Source: a virus (Duplodnaviria > Caudoviricetes). Taken from it: a stretch of 35,118 nucleotides of DNA. Shown one piece after another: positions 18,401 through 27,079 of the stretch. The position numbers and the translations under genes are program-made. Within the stretch, counting starts at the first letter, position 1; each line of letters opens with the position of its first letter. The stretch covers positions 1 through 35,118 of the IMG/VR virus record IMGVR_UViG_3300016476_000112. The stretch is one strand, 5' to 3'. Below the pieces are notes generated by a model. It searched no databases. It had not been told where the DNA came from and worked only from the letters and a program-made list of their open reading frames with translations.

Positions 18401-21400
18401 TTGTCAGCAATGTCTCCTTCCAAAGTAGACCAAGATTCTACTCTTATAGATTTCAAAAATTACACTAAGTATACTAAGAAATTATTAGATGCTCAAGAGA
18501 AGGCTTTACAGCAATATAAAGAGGCTGAATACAGAAGTCTGCAAGACCAGGGATTAATTGATCCTGACATGTCTCTTGCAGATATCGAAGCATATCTTAA
18601 ACAGGCTGCTGAAGACGAGAAATTCCAAGAGAAAGCTAAAGTAGAAAAAGATTTAGCTGAATATGCTAAAGCGTCATTTGAGAATAGCAAAGAAATCATA
18701 CAACAAATGATTTATGAAGAAGAAATTAGTGAGGAAGACTTGCCTTTGATTCAAGGTTTTATGCTTATTGATACCGATATAATGAATCCTAAAATGGCTG
18801 TTAAGGCTGCCGATGAATTAAGAAATTATATTCATAATGGATCTAAGACAGGTATGGGTAAGATATTTAAAGATTACCTAGGTGCAGTTGGTGCTAAAGC
18901 AATGGCTGAGAATACTACTGTTAATAAAGTATTGAGCGTAGGTGGTATTAAAAACTTGGTACTAAAGGGTATCGATGCAGTTACAGGATATGTTGCAGGT
19001 AAGTTTGATTTACAAGGAACAAACTTATCTAAGTGGTATTCTGATGCATGGCTTGAGTATGTATCCCAAATTGACAATGTGGGAGTTACAGCTATGGGTG
19101 AAAAGAATTGGCTGAAGTTTAAGAAGTTATCAGGATTCGATGAGATTGTAGAAGGTTTTGTTAGAAACAAAAAAGAGATTGACAGATTCACAAAAGAATT
19201 TGTTAAGAAGTATGAGAATAAAAAAGTAGACGGTCGTAAAGTATTTACAAAATACAATGCGACTCAAGCTGGCATTATTGCTGATTTTTATAGAGAAACC
19301 GGTGATACTCCTGAAGAAGTAGCTGAAAACTTTGAAAAAAGAAAGAAGATACTTGAAGAAGCAATAGATTACACTAAAGACAAATTGCGTTTCAAAGTTG
19401 ACCACAAAATAATGAAAGAGCTCTATGATAAACTAGGCATAGAGAAAGCTACCAATGGTCAAGAGGTGTTTAATAACGCTCCTAAATTAATGCAAGATGT
19501 AGTTAGTGATATGGTGGGGGAATGGAGTAAATATTTCCCAGCTTCACAACGTGTTGCAGAAGAACAATATGGTATATTGTTAGGTCAAAACAAAAACTAT
19601 ACACCATATAGATGGACAGTTGTATCTAATAAAATCTCTGACAGTGATCCATTATATGACAAAGGTGGATACGTTAGTGACTTTGATATATTAGACACAG
19701 AAGAAGCAGGTACATTTAAGAAATTAAAATTCCCAGACAAATTACCTACTATCAATGGGGAGGTTGTTAGAATACCAAACTATAACTTTTTCCAAAATAA
19801 TATTGATGCATTAACCCAAACAGGTAACAACATCAATACTATTGCTGGCGTTAATCAATTCAATGGATTTATCAAAAGTAAATACATGAAGGATATTATT
19901 AAGGATGATGATTCTAGAAATCTATTGATTAAAAGAATGACTTATAATATCAATAAACTAACTGATAGAGAGAAGATAAGTACTAATAGTTTCCAAAGAG
20001 GAATACTTAAGCTAATCAATGTTTTTTCCGGTCTAGGTACTCGTTTAGGCTTAGGTGCTATTACATCACCTGGTACCCAAGCGTTACCTGCGTTAACCAA
20101 CACATTTTTTAACTTGGGAAATCCAGCTCAAATGGCTCGTTCTATGGTTATGTTAGCCAATCCAGCTAATAGACAATGGTTGGATAATTTAGAAGAGACA
20201 ATTTCTGAACGTGGGAAAGAGTCAACAACATCTATTGATTATGCTAATAAATTATTAGCTAATAAAGATTTAGGTAAGGTGGGAGATATTATTGACGGGA
20301 TTGCTGAAGTTAGTAAGTTTTACGTAGATACTCTTTTAGTAAAGTCTGATGTTGCTGCGGCTAAAATATCTTGGTTGTCATATTACTTAGATGCACTAGA
20401 GAACAAAGGTGTTGATATATCTAAACTAAAATTATCTGAAACACAAGTTGATAAAGAAGCTGCTAAAATAGCTGATAGAAAAGTTCAGAGAGAACAAAAT
20501 ATCAATATAGCTGAATTATCAGGTAAATTATTCTCTAGTAAGTCAACAGGTTTACGTTTACTTAGAAGTAGTTTATTAGCTTTCCAAAGTTATACTATAT
20601 CTTCTAGAGATAAAATGAAAACTAATATGTCTATATTGTTCAATCCGAATAGTTTATCTACGGTTGAAGAAAAAATGGATGCTATTGACTCTATTGCTGC
20701 TACAATTGCTGAACAATGGGCTTTTTCTAGCTTAAAAGCTGGTATTAGAAACATTGTTATTGCTGGAGCTTATGCTGCTGTTGGAGAAGAGGAAACGGAA
20801 GAGGAGAAGAAATTAAGAGAAAAGCGTAATCGAGAGAACACTGAGCTTAATATTTTCCAAGCACTTACTGGTTCGTTCGGAGTAGGGGATCAAGAGTGGG
20901 ATTTAGATGCAATAAACTTTATGCTAGATTATTTCCAAGGAACTATAGATGAACAGGAGGTAGAAAGAAGAATACAAGAGCAAGAGGAGAAGGATATGAT
21001 GGATGAAGAAAGAGATAGCGAATTCACTGTAAAATTAACACCTGAAGAGAAAAAAGCAGAAAGATTACAGCGTTCATTAGATAGACCATTCAGATTCTAT
21101 ACAGGTGTTGATGAAAATGATGGTAGATTAGCTAAGTATAGTAGGTATCTAGGTTCTACTAGAGTTCTTTTTGACGTTATAGATAGAGTCGTTTTAGACA
21201 CCAAAAATGATTTAGAAAGAGGTGGTTATTACGATAAAAGAGGAAACTTTATTGAATATAATGAAGACCAAATTGAAAAATTAAAAATGCTTAAAGATGC
21301 GTCTTACTTCCAATTATTTGGTTTACCTCCATCTGAAGTCAAGACTATGACTAATGAGATGAAGAAAATCATGAAGGATAGAGCTTACCTAAATAAAATG

Positions 21401-21442
21401 ATAGATAAAGATGAAGAAAGGAAAGCTAAGTTAGAGCAATAA
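15263..21442 (+). CDS. Large internal virion / DNA ejection (polyvalent) protein with an inserted ADP-ribosyltransferase-like domain (2059 aa)
   Basis: Last and largest gene of the virion module. Gly/Ala-rich hydrophobic helices (e.g. SLPYMGISMVPGGAAAIGVATAA), long coiled-coils and ART-like motifs at 16862-17249. Confidence 0.65.
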   Translation: MAKQPIKQKVATLDELPAFETATVDELPDFGEPVKKKGQPQLVKQNTSVSKSVSAPTKPSLVLPSKEVEKPEEVGYVEDLWNRFKGSGTKVLSAFLNVPSAAQSYIYDVALAATGKDEEFNRLPAAAKREVKSAVRAINKGLPNGEFLYQTKEAANYLNKKAENIYQRTIQDETSLSDEISKLATNPTSEGVLKIINKSIRSTAESLPYMGISMVPGGAAAIGVATAAEKREQELEDTGNYGMGFLINSAVTGGSNYLGEKYTGRILNKIGAKAIGNPELVKKVTQTPLKELGKDLGIEFTTGGLQSFTQEVSDKWTKGQDVEWIPTLKKALDDALLESASVGTFAAAGQGVSGTRKLTAPLKRYLATKIIAKEDASYIKKGVDAIQDLTTQKADDQDPIVNEAIDNKIDEIKTNIAGKLQMAEDMVDNLSNEDIKKTIQIDRDLEDVRLKAKAIKDNPTLDDATKETLRKDLANKYINLNQEKNAIQEQATSKVSVQPEAGVSGEVAEGVSQAEPQGPTEEVKVEEVVNPTETIEVFHGGDLPSLEEGRPLYVSEDASQANEYAKMSKGEVSKFFLDKNKIADEEDAYAIMEELGLPTDANFFELIDPRFDEALPKEDIKKVFDTLKQKGFEAVRYTDIDQKDLKSGIQNILVLDAFKSLKTEPIVTEEQVKPTEMSREEWTKIQYLADRISNGEEITLPEDLQLQKNYPQTIEKLLESKAKPVSQQPLTEITKLSDEQKSAIQEGVKLGNDMVKRYPKQDDLIIKYKALQKFQKKNQQYIDANQSQRDEMTRQINFALGLAKKKSAQSAKSILGIKPRMITVDEMKSLKEQLLLQEKAAKSGVDFANKAKKLVNDTIKGMKKGALDSKATNSLLTALNANAETPEQRRDIISKVIATLKGTEGKIAIDELKALKDQIKLEAKAAKGGADFVKRITKSVGETLPLLVKKGSITPAQQKTIFRGLKANLVNPVMLNRFFDKVDRIMGVADYKEKLRQANALRTKLSKASERKGAKTELKDITKALSKVQPNMLNDIDEFISRAKEALSAMSPSKVDQDSTLIDFKNYTKYTKKLLDAQEKALQQYKEAEYRSLQDQGLIDPDMSLADIEAYLKQAAEDEKFQEKAKVEKDLAEYAKASFENSKEIIQQMIYEEEISEEDLPLIQGFMLIDTDIMNPKMAVKAADELRNYIHNGSKTGMGKIFKDYLGAVGAKAMAENTTVNKVLSVGGIKNLVLKGIDAVTGYVAGKFDLQGTNLSKWYSDAWLEYVSQIDNVGVTAMGEKNWLKFKKLSGFDEIVEGFVRNKKEIDRFTKEFVKKYENKKVDGRKVFTKYNATQAGIIADFYRETGDTPEEVAENFEKRKKILEEAIDYTKDKLRFKVDHKIMKELYDKLGIEKATNGQEVFNNAPKLMQDVVSDMVGEWSKYFPASQRVAEEQYGILLGQNKNYTPYRWTVVSNKISDSDPLYDKGGYVSDFDILDTEEAGTFKKLKFPDKLPTINGEVVRIPNYNFFQNNIDALTQTGNNINTIAGVNQFNGFIKSKYMKDIIKDDDSRNLLIKRMTYNINKLTDREKISTNSFQRGILKLINVFSGLGTRLGLGAITSPGTQALPALTNTFFNLGNPAQMARSMVMLANPANRQWLDNLEETISERGKESTTSIDYANKLLANKDLGKVGDIIDGIAEVSKFYVDTLLVKSDVAAAKISWLSYYLDALENKGVDISKLKLSETQVDKEAAKIADRKVQREQNINIAELSGKLFSSKSTGLRLLRSSLLAFQSYTISSRDKMKTNMSILFNPNSLSTVEEKMDAIDSIAATIAEQWAFSSLKAGIRNIVIAGAYAAVGEEETEEEKKLREKRNRENTELNIFQALTGSFGVGDQEWDLDAINFMLDYFQGTIDEQEVERRIQEQEEKDMMDEERDSEFTVKLTPEEKKAERLQRSLDRPFRFYTGVDENDGRLAKYSRYLGSTRVLFDVIDRVVLDTKNDLERGGYYDKRGNFIEYNEDQIEKLKMLKDASYFQLFGLPPSEVKTMTNEMKKIMKDRAYLNKMIDKDEERKAKLEQ
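16716..16847 (+). CDS. Overprinted small basic protein (43 aa, MPFKSKQQVKYLYSQKPELAEKWRKEYPKQNLKALPKKLKSKK) in the +1 frame of the large ejection gene
   Basis: ATG preceded by an A-rich Bacteroidota-type initiation region and ended by TAG TAA. Resembles small phage 'MPFKS..Q....' proteins as I recall them. Confidence 0.65.
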   Translation: MPFKSKQQVKYLYSQKPELAEKWRKEYPKQNLKALPKKLKSKK

Positions 21443-21443
21443 T

Positions 21444-21472
21444 AAAAATGGGGACCATAAGTCCCCTTTTTA
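21444..21472. terminator. Bidirectional intrinsic terminator at the convergence of the two arms
   Basis: AAAAAT-GGGGAC-CATAA-GTCCCC-TTTTT between convergent ORFs. Confidence 0.75.
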
Positions 21473-21494
21473 ATTAATCACCTTATACGCAATT

Positions 21495-21848
21495 CTAACT
21501 TAAAAATCTTAGTTTGTATAATGTAGAGCTCAATAACTCTTGTGTATTGTCAACCATTTGTTGTAAGTACCCATCAGTTAAGGTACCACGATACCCTTCA
21601 AATGCTGTCATCTTTTCTTTTAGGTAAGATATCATATCAACACCTTCCTCTAATTTAAAAGACTTATATCCTTTGATGATACCATACTTACCTTGGTAAG
21701 CCTCAACGTAGGCATCGAACTGGTCAACGATGCCGTCGTATAATTCATTCAAAGCCTTGTGTTCTGCAAATGAGGAGGTCTGTAAGTGTGCAATGTGAGA
21801 TACATTCTCAATCTCCATCAATGCACTAACGTATTCTTGAACTGTCAT
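21495..21848 (-). CDS. Ferritin/Dps-like four-helix protein (DUF5856-like); start probably MTVQEY at 21848
   Basis: 'HIAHLQT..FAEHKALNELYD....FDAYVEAYQG' and C-terminal 'TLYKLRFL' match small phage Dps-like proteins. Confidence 0.7.
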   Translation of the reverse strand: MTVQEYVSALMEIENVSHIAHLQTSSFAEHKALNELYDGIVDQFDAYVEAYQGKYGIIKGYKSFKLEEGVDMISYLKEKMTAFEGYRGTLTDGYLQQMVDNTQELLSSTLYKLRFLS

Positions 21849-21863
21849 AATATTATCTTTCCG

Positions 21864-21871
21864 CAAAAATA
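21864..21871 (-). promoter_or_regulatory. TAnnTTTG promoter element (TATTTTTG on minus strand)
   Basis: Just upstream of the ATG at 21848. Confidence 0.5.
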
Positions 21872-23005
21872 CTAAAATATATTAACTAGTCTCGCAACCT
21901 GGCCATTCTCTTTATGGTGAATAAAACCTTCAACCGCTTTAGGTGCGTGAGCGTACCCGTTACGGCTATGCCATGAATCGGTACCACTGGGAGATCGGAG
22001 AGATTCGACGCACACACCCATGTAATCTTTAGAAGATTTGTGGTGCACGTGGTGAGTATAAACATAACGGTGTTTGGAGTCTGCCCACTCTTTGCTTGCT
22101 TCATGAGCCATTAATAAAGGTAAATCTTGTGCTTTTGCCCCATCTCCATGTGTTGTTCCGATGAGATTGTTTCCGTATTGTGTATACTTTCTGTGGGCAA
22201 TAGAGCAGTCGAATGTTATATTTGGATTGTTATGGAACCAAGACTCGATAGCATCAGCTAAAAAGAAACCATTAGTGTAATCATGGTTTGATGGATTGAA
22301 CACAAAGTGAACGTCAGCGATACCAATTAGCATCTCAAGCACTTCTACGTATAACTTCTTAGCAATCCTAAAGTTATTATACCACATGTCATCTGTATCC
22401 TGTGGTGTGCCACTTGTTGTGGTACGCTTAGGTGTGTCGATGTGAAGGATGTCATTACCACCAATAAAAAGAATCTTATCGATGTTAAAGCCTGATGCCT
22501 TTTGGATGATACCTTTCACGCCATCACGCACACGCTGAACAGCAATCTGATTATTGTACTCATCTCCAGTCTCAAAAGCGGAGGCTAACTTACCAATGTG
22601 TACGTCAGCTGGATCAATCACTAATAGGTGACCATCTGCTGTATTGGTGCGACTTAATCTAGGATAAACAGGTGCGTGCTTTTGCATCTCAGCCACAATC
22701 TCCGACCGCATGTCATGATAGGTCTGGACAGGGTCTTTCTTGTCAACCTTGACAAAGATAGAGTGCTTGTCGGTCTTCAACCAGTAGTGCGATACCTCAC
22801 CCGCAGGTGCACCTTGTATATCACACTCATCGCTGAGGCTCTTGTGTTCTGACTTTAAAATGTATTCGGAAATTCTTTTTCGAAGAGTCTCTACATTTTT
22901 GTCGTGCATATTGTAGTGATCTTGTACTCTTCTAGCAATGTCGGCTTTACTAAGGTCGCCTTGTTGGTGTAGTTCTAATGCGTATTCTAGGTAAGGTTTC
23001 ATCAC
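21872..23005 (-). CDS. Calcineurin-like metallophosphoesterase with N-terminal HTH-like segment (377 aa)
   Basis: Motifs ADVHIG, GGNDILH, SNHD, THGD and HHVHH. N-terminal 'LSKADIARRV...VETLRKRI' looks HTH-like. Confidence 0.75.
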   Translation of the reverse strand: MMKPYLEYALELHQQGDLSKADIARRVQDHYNMHDKNVETLRKRISEYILKSEHKSLSDECDIQGAPAGEVSHYWLKTDKHSIFVKVDKKDPVQTYHDMRSEIVAEMQKHAPVYPRLSRTNTADGHLLVIDPADVHIGKLASAFETGDEYNNQIAVQRVRDGVKGIIQKASGFNIDKILFIGGNDILHIDTPKRTTTSGTPQDTDDMWYNNFRIAKKLYVEVLEMLIGIADVHFVFNPSNHDYTNGFFLADAIESWFHNNPNITFDCSIAHRKYTQYGNNLIGTTHGDGAKAQDLPLLMAHEASKEWADSKHRYVYTHHVHHKSSKDYMGVCVESLRSPSGTDSWHSRNGYAHAPKAVEGFIHHKENGQVARLVNIF

Positions 23006-23156
23006 GTAATTGATTTAATTTTTCGATTAGAATTGAAATGGAATCTTGAAGGTCTTCGTACTCTTTGTCCATGAGGGCTTCATATATCTCATCCGTCATT
23101 TTATTAATAAAACGAATGGTAATGTTAGTATATTCAACGTGTTCTTTATCCTTCAT
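22950..23156 (-). CDS. Hypothetical helical protein (start probably MKDKEH)
   Basis: ORF with an ATG right after the terminator, overlapping the start of the phosphoesterase gene. Confidence 0.5.
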   Translation of the reverse strand: MKDKEHVEYTNITIRFINKMTDEIYEALMDKEYEDLQDSISILIEKLNQLRDETLPRIRIRTTPTRRP

Positions 23157-23159
23157 GGC

Positions 23160-23198
23160 AAACAAAAGGGGAAGTGTAAAACGATAAACACCTCCCCT
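23160..23198 (-). terminator. Intrinsic terminator downstream of nrdA
   Basis: Minus strand AGGGGAGGTGT-TTATCGTTTT-ACACTTCCCCT followed by TTTGTTT. Confidence 0.6.
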
Positions 23199-23285
23199 CC
23201 AAAAAAAATTATCACTTTAACCTTTGTAAATTTAGTTAAATATCTAATTACTTGTATACTTTTTTAAAGAATTTTTTGTCTTTTG

Positions 23286-25049
23286 CTAGCCGTCGCAGCT
23301 GAGGCAAGAAATGTCAGTAGCCTTACTAGCAATATCTGCACGTAAAACCGACTCTGTACGCATATAATACAATGTTTTGATGCGTTGTCTCCATGCTTCC
23401 ATGTGTACTTGGTTAATCCATTTGGGTGTAGCCTGCGATGGGAATGCCAAGTTCAATGAAACAGATTGGTCAATGTACTGCTGACGAATACCTGCCTGCT
23501 TAATCAATTCTAGTTGGTTAATCTCCTTGAATGTCTTGAACACATCTTTAACCGGGATGTGGTCATCTCCTTCAGGATTCTCTACCAACTTACCATTAAC
23601 ATAGAACCAATTATCAAGTTCAGCAATATCTTGGATTGATCCACCATCAGCAAGAATCTTATCCCATATCTCCTTGGTGTTTATGCCAATCTTCTTTAAC
23701 ACCTTCTCAAGTTCTTTGTTCTTGCGAATGAATGTGCCTTTAGCTGATTGGTCTGTAAATACATTAGCTGCCCAAGGTTCAACGCCAGCTGATACGTTAC
23801 CGCTTAACTTAGAGTTAGATACCGTTGGAGCAATGGCACGCAAGTGTGTGTTACGCATGCCTGTGTCTACGCACCATAATGGTTCGCCAAACTCAGATGC
23901 CATATCACGTGATGCACGCTCAGACTCAATCTTAATCTGAGAGAATATCTTGCGTGTCTCAAACTGAGCAAGCAATCCTTCGAATGGGATACCTTTCTGT
24001 TGTAAGTATGTGTGCCACCCTAGAACACCTAGTCCAATAGCACGACCTTTCTCAGCAAAGCGTACAACATTCTCAAATCCTTTCATGTTCTTGGCTTTCT
24101 GGATGAACTCTTCTAGCACACCATCTAAGAACCAAGTAGCTACATAGATTAAGTCTGTGTCCTTCCACTCGTCATACTTAGCTAAGTTAACTGATGACAG
24201 ACAACACACAAAACTGTGGCTCTCATCTGTGTGCAACACAATCTCAGAGCAGATGTTGGTCATGTACACCTTCAAGCTATTCTTCTTGTATGCCTCAGGG
24301 TTCTGCTTGTTCACGTTGCCTTTGAACATAATATACGGCTCACCTGTAGCCTTACGCTTCTGTAATAACTTACCCCACTTGCGACGTGCATCTGCATCGC
24401 CTTCTTCTAGCTTACGCATAAACTTATCTCCTACCACAGCACATTGGTGTAGGTTCAAGCACTGGCGATTCACATCACCCTTAGGCTCACGAATTTCCAA
24501 CCAATCCTCAAAGTCTTTGTGCTCAATGTTTAGGTTGCTTGATGCGGCTCCACGACGTACGTTACCTTGGGATGTAGCTAGGATAGTAGAGTCAAATATC
24601 TTACTGAATGGGATGACACCATCCGATGTACCATTCTTAGATATCTTTGATCCTGCAGGGCGAATGCGATTGAAGCCTACGCCTACTCCTCCACCGTGCT
24701 TGGCAAGTAGCATCATCTCTAAGTTCTTGGTTCCAATATCAAACACTGAGTCATCAATGTCAATACCATAGCAAGAGATAGGTAGACCTCTGTCTGTGCC
24801 TGTGTTAGATAGCACAGGTGTGGCTAGGTTTAACCATCCATTCCAAATGTATTGAAAGAATTTGTCAGCCATCTCAGGCTTACCAAGTCTGTCAGCTACA
24901 GCACGAGATACACGTGCGTATGCATTAATTGGTTTTTCTCCTGCTAACAAGTAGCCACCAGAGATTGTCTTTACGTATTCAGGTGAGTTGCCCCATGCCG
25001 GGAAGTCTACGTCGATTTCCCAACCTAGGCTTTCTGCGTGATTAATCAT
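23286..25049 (-). CDS. nrdA: Class I ribonucleotide reductase alpha subunit, short form without ATP cone (587 aa)
   Basis: ATPVLSN, PISC, GGGVG, TNICSEI (NxCxE), CCLSS, IAPTVS, TLYY and C-terminal CLSCDG motifs. Confidence 0.95.
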   Translation of the reverse strand: MINHAESLGWEIDVDFPAWGNSPEYVKTISGGYLLAGEKPINAYARVSRAVADRLGKPEMADKFFQYIWNGWLNLATPVLSNTGTDRGLPISCYGIDIDDSVFDIGTKNLEMMLLAKHGGGVGVGFNRIRPAGSKISKNGTSDGVIPFSKIFDSTILATSQGNVRRGAASSNLNIEHKDFEDWLEIREPKGDVNRQCLNLHQCAVVGDKFMRKLEEGDADARRKWGKLLQKRKATGEPYIMFKGNVNKQNPEAYKKNSLKVYMTNICSEIVLHTDESHSFVCCLSSVNLAKYDEWKDTDLIYVATWFLDGVLEEFIQKAKNMKGFENVVRFAEKGRAIGLGVLGWHTYLQQKGIPFEGLLAQFETRKIFSQIKIESERASRDMASEFGEPLWCVDTGMRNTHLRAIAPTVSNSKLSGNVSAGVEPWAANVFTDQSAKGTFIRKNKELEKVLKKIGINTKEIWDKILADGGSIQDIAELDNWFYVNGKLVENPEGDDHIPVKDVFKTFKEINQLELIKQAGIRQQYIDQSVSLNLAFPSQATPKWINQVHMEAWRQRIKTLYYMRTESVLRADIASKATDISCLSCDG

Positions 25050-25179
25050 TTTCTAAAGATTTAATTAGTTCAAGTAAAAATTCTATCATTTGTACAGCAC
25101 TCTCTGCACCGCTTGCATCTATTGAGGCAGTTGACTTATCAGGCAACACTATCTCAATCTTTATTGGGGAATTTGGCAT
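25042..25179 (-). CDS. Small hypothetical protein (45 aa, MPNSPIKIEIVLPDKSTASIDASGAESAVQMIEFLLELIKSLEND), not in ORF track
   Basis: Fills the gap between the 92-aa ORF and nrdA. Its stop overlaps the nrdA start (ATGATTAA). Confidence 0.5.
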   Translation of the reverse strand: MPNSPIKIEIVLPDKSTASIDASGAESAVQMIEFLLELIKSLEND

Positions 25180-25432
25180 AGCTAAATGATGTTAAAAAGT
25201 TTGTTAGAGGTTCTATCTCATCAAAATAAATATCGTCCTCAAATATATACACCTCCCACTTATCAAGTTTCGCTTCATCATCTGTGTTTGTTATAAACGT
25301 AACGTGCTTAGACATTACATACACATAATAATAAAAATCATACTCTTGTCCAGACTCATGCTTAGAGACAAAGACTTTCTCAAAACCTAAATCAATCAGG
25401 TCTTGCTCATGGATAGGATGGTGCTTGATCAT
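25154..25432 (-). CDS. Hypothetical protein (92 aa)
   Basis: ATGA overlap with the MazG-like gene. 'EQDLIDLGFEK' start is common in small Bacteroidota phage proteins. Confidence 0.6.
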   Translation of the reverse strand: MIKHHPIHEQDLIDLGFEKVFVSKHESGQEYDFYYYVYVMSKHVTFITNTDDEAKLDKWEVYIFEDDIYFDEIEPLTNFLTSFSYAKFPNKD

Positions 25433-25737
25433 TGCTTTATGAAGACTCCGTTAGTTGTTTTTCCTTTACGATCTTTGATTTCATTCCATGCGGAGTTCAA
25501 TGCTTCTTGTGGTGTTAATCCACATTGCATTGTTAAGATAATAAGAGTAACGAACGTGTCACCTAAGCCATCGATTAATTCATCAGGCTTGTTCTTGCTG
25601 ATAGCGGAGGCCGCTTCACCTAGTTCCTCAACTACTTTAACGAATTGAGACTTTACAAATGATGGGTCAATCAAACCTTTCTCGTTAGCCCAGTCATGTA
25701 CATTGATAATTAGTTGGTCAAAAGATAATTCTTCCAT
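25429..25737 (-). CDS. MazG-like NTP pyrophosphohydrolase (102 aa)
   Basis: WA..KGL, KVVEELGE, DGLGD and AWNEIKDRKG...NGVFIK motifs. Confidence 0.85.
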   Translation of the reverse strand: MEELSFDQLIINVHDWANEKGLIDPSFVKSQFVKVVEELGEAASAISKNKPDELIDGLGDTFVTLIILTMQCGLTPQEALNSAWNEIKDRKGKTTNGVFIKQ

Positions 25738-25755
25738 TGTTATATTTAGTTTAAG

Positions 25756-26748
25756 TTAAAACATGTCACTCCAGTCTTCGCCTTCGTTGGCTTTACTGTA
25801 CGCTGTTGGTCTTGTTGCAAAGAAATCAGAATGCTCAACGCCTGCTGTTAATTGGTAAAACCAATCCAATTGTTCAGCAGCTGCAGGGTCATAAGCAAAG
25901 ATAGGCTCATAACCTAACTCTACTAACTTGTCATTAATGCGTTTGTGCATAAAGTGTTTAAGGTCGTAAGCCTTTAGATTTTCTAAGTCACCTCTCTCGA
26001 ATATCTTATCGATGAATTTCATCTCCATATCAAGAGTTAACTTAGCTGCTTCGATGATAGCATCTTTAGCATCTGTCTTTAGGTCAGGGAACTCTTCACA
26101 CATGTGACGGAACAATTGACATCCCATCTTAGAATGCAATGCTTCGTCTCTTACAGACCACTTCATCTGCTGTCCTACTCCTTTTAGCTTATTGTTCAAT
26201 TGGAACGAATACAGCACAGCGAATGAGCTGTACAAGGCTACTCCTTCAGTGAACGCTGAGAAGATTGCTAGTGATCTAGCCACATCTCTACGAGCTGGTG
26301 CAGAGGTGCACAGAATCTTATAGTTGTAGTGGTGTGGTACAGATGTCAATGCCTCAATACGTCCAGCAATAGCAGGCTCATGCATGAATCCTTCGTAGTC
26401 ATCAAGACCAAGGGTGTCGTTCAAGTAAGAGTAAGCCGTTGCGTGAACAGTCTCCTGGGCACCGAACATCATAGCCATCTGAATGATTTCATACTTAGGA
26501 AACCAATCAGTCACCATGCCTGTCCAATAATCTGATACCGCACATTCTGTTTGAGCAAAGCCTAATAGGATGTTACCTACCACATGCTTCTCGTTCTCAG
26601 TTAGATTCTCATTCCAGTCCTTTACATCGGATGACATGGGAATCTCTGTGTGTAACCAAAATGCTTGTGCTTGCTTAAGCCATCCTTCAGTGTAGTATTC
26701 AGGGTATTCAAATGGTTTGTATGCAATTCTTTTTTCAAATAAACTCAT
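25756..26748 (-). CDS. nrdB: Class I ribonucleotide reductase beta subunit (330 aa)
   Basis: YKPFEYP, FW, AQTE, QETVHATAY, TEGVALYSSF, RDEALH and DFFATRPTAY motifs. Confidence 0.95.
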   Translation of the reverse strand: MSLFEKRIAYKPFEYPEYYTEGWLKQAQAFWLHTEIPMSSDVKDWNENLTENEKHVVGNILLGFAQTECAVSDYWTGMVTDWFPKYEIIQMAMMFGAQETVHATAYSYLNDTLGLDDYEGFMHEPAIAGRIEALTSVPHHYNYKILCTSAPARRDVARSLAIFSAFTEGVALYSSFAVLYSFQLNNKLKGVGQQMKWSVRDEALHSKMGCQLFRHMCEEFPDLKTDAKDAIIEAAKLTLDMEMKFIDKIFERGDLENLKAYDLKHFMHKRINDKLVELGYEPIFAYDPAAAEQLDWFYQLTAGVEHSDFFATRPTAYSKANEGEDWSDMF

Positions 26749-27079
26749 AGGATGCGATAAATCGTTTTATAGTTTGGTCTTTAATAATTAAGTTCCCTTC
26801 TGATATCTCATCTAAGAACTCGTCAATGTCTATCTGCTCTAGCAGTTCGACTGTAATAATTTTGTCTGCTTCTTCTTTGTCATCGAAGCTAATCTCTCCT
26901 TCGGAAGCGAAGAACCTAAAGTACTTAGGCTCATCATCTACAACGCTAAATACAATCTTGCGTTCATAATCTTCTTCTACTTCATTGGAGAAGTGAACTA
27001 ATGCGTCGGCTACTTGATCAAAAGTATCCTCCCGCATCGAGCTCATCCATTTGAATAGACTCTTGGGTACTGCCACCAT
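26735..27079 (-). CDS. Acidic hypothetical protein (start uncertain; MVAVPK at 27079 used)
   Basis: ORF between VRR-NUC and nrdB, overlapping both. Confidence 0.5.
   Translation of the reverse strand: MVAVPKSLFKWMSSMREDTFDQVADALVHFSNEVEEDYERKIVFSVVDDEPKYFRFFASEGEISFDDKEEADKIITVELLEQIDIDEFLDEISEGNLIIKDQTIKRFIASYEFI

Noticed and set aside
19679-19696. DFDILD in the 2059-aa protein resembles the crAss RNA polymerase catalytic motif DFDID
   Set aside because: The spacing is DxDxxD rather than DxDxD and no surrounding double-psi-barrel motifs are recognisable.
24157-24771. 204-aa ORF antisense to nrdA, and other antisense ORFs such as 31442-31810, 17623-18021 and 18874-19257
   Set aside because: These mirror the codon bias of well-supported genes on the other strand, with no initiation context or protein-like features.
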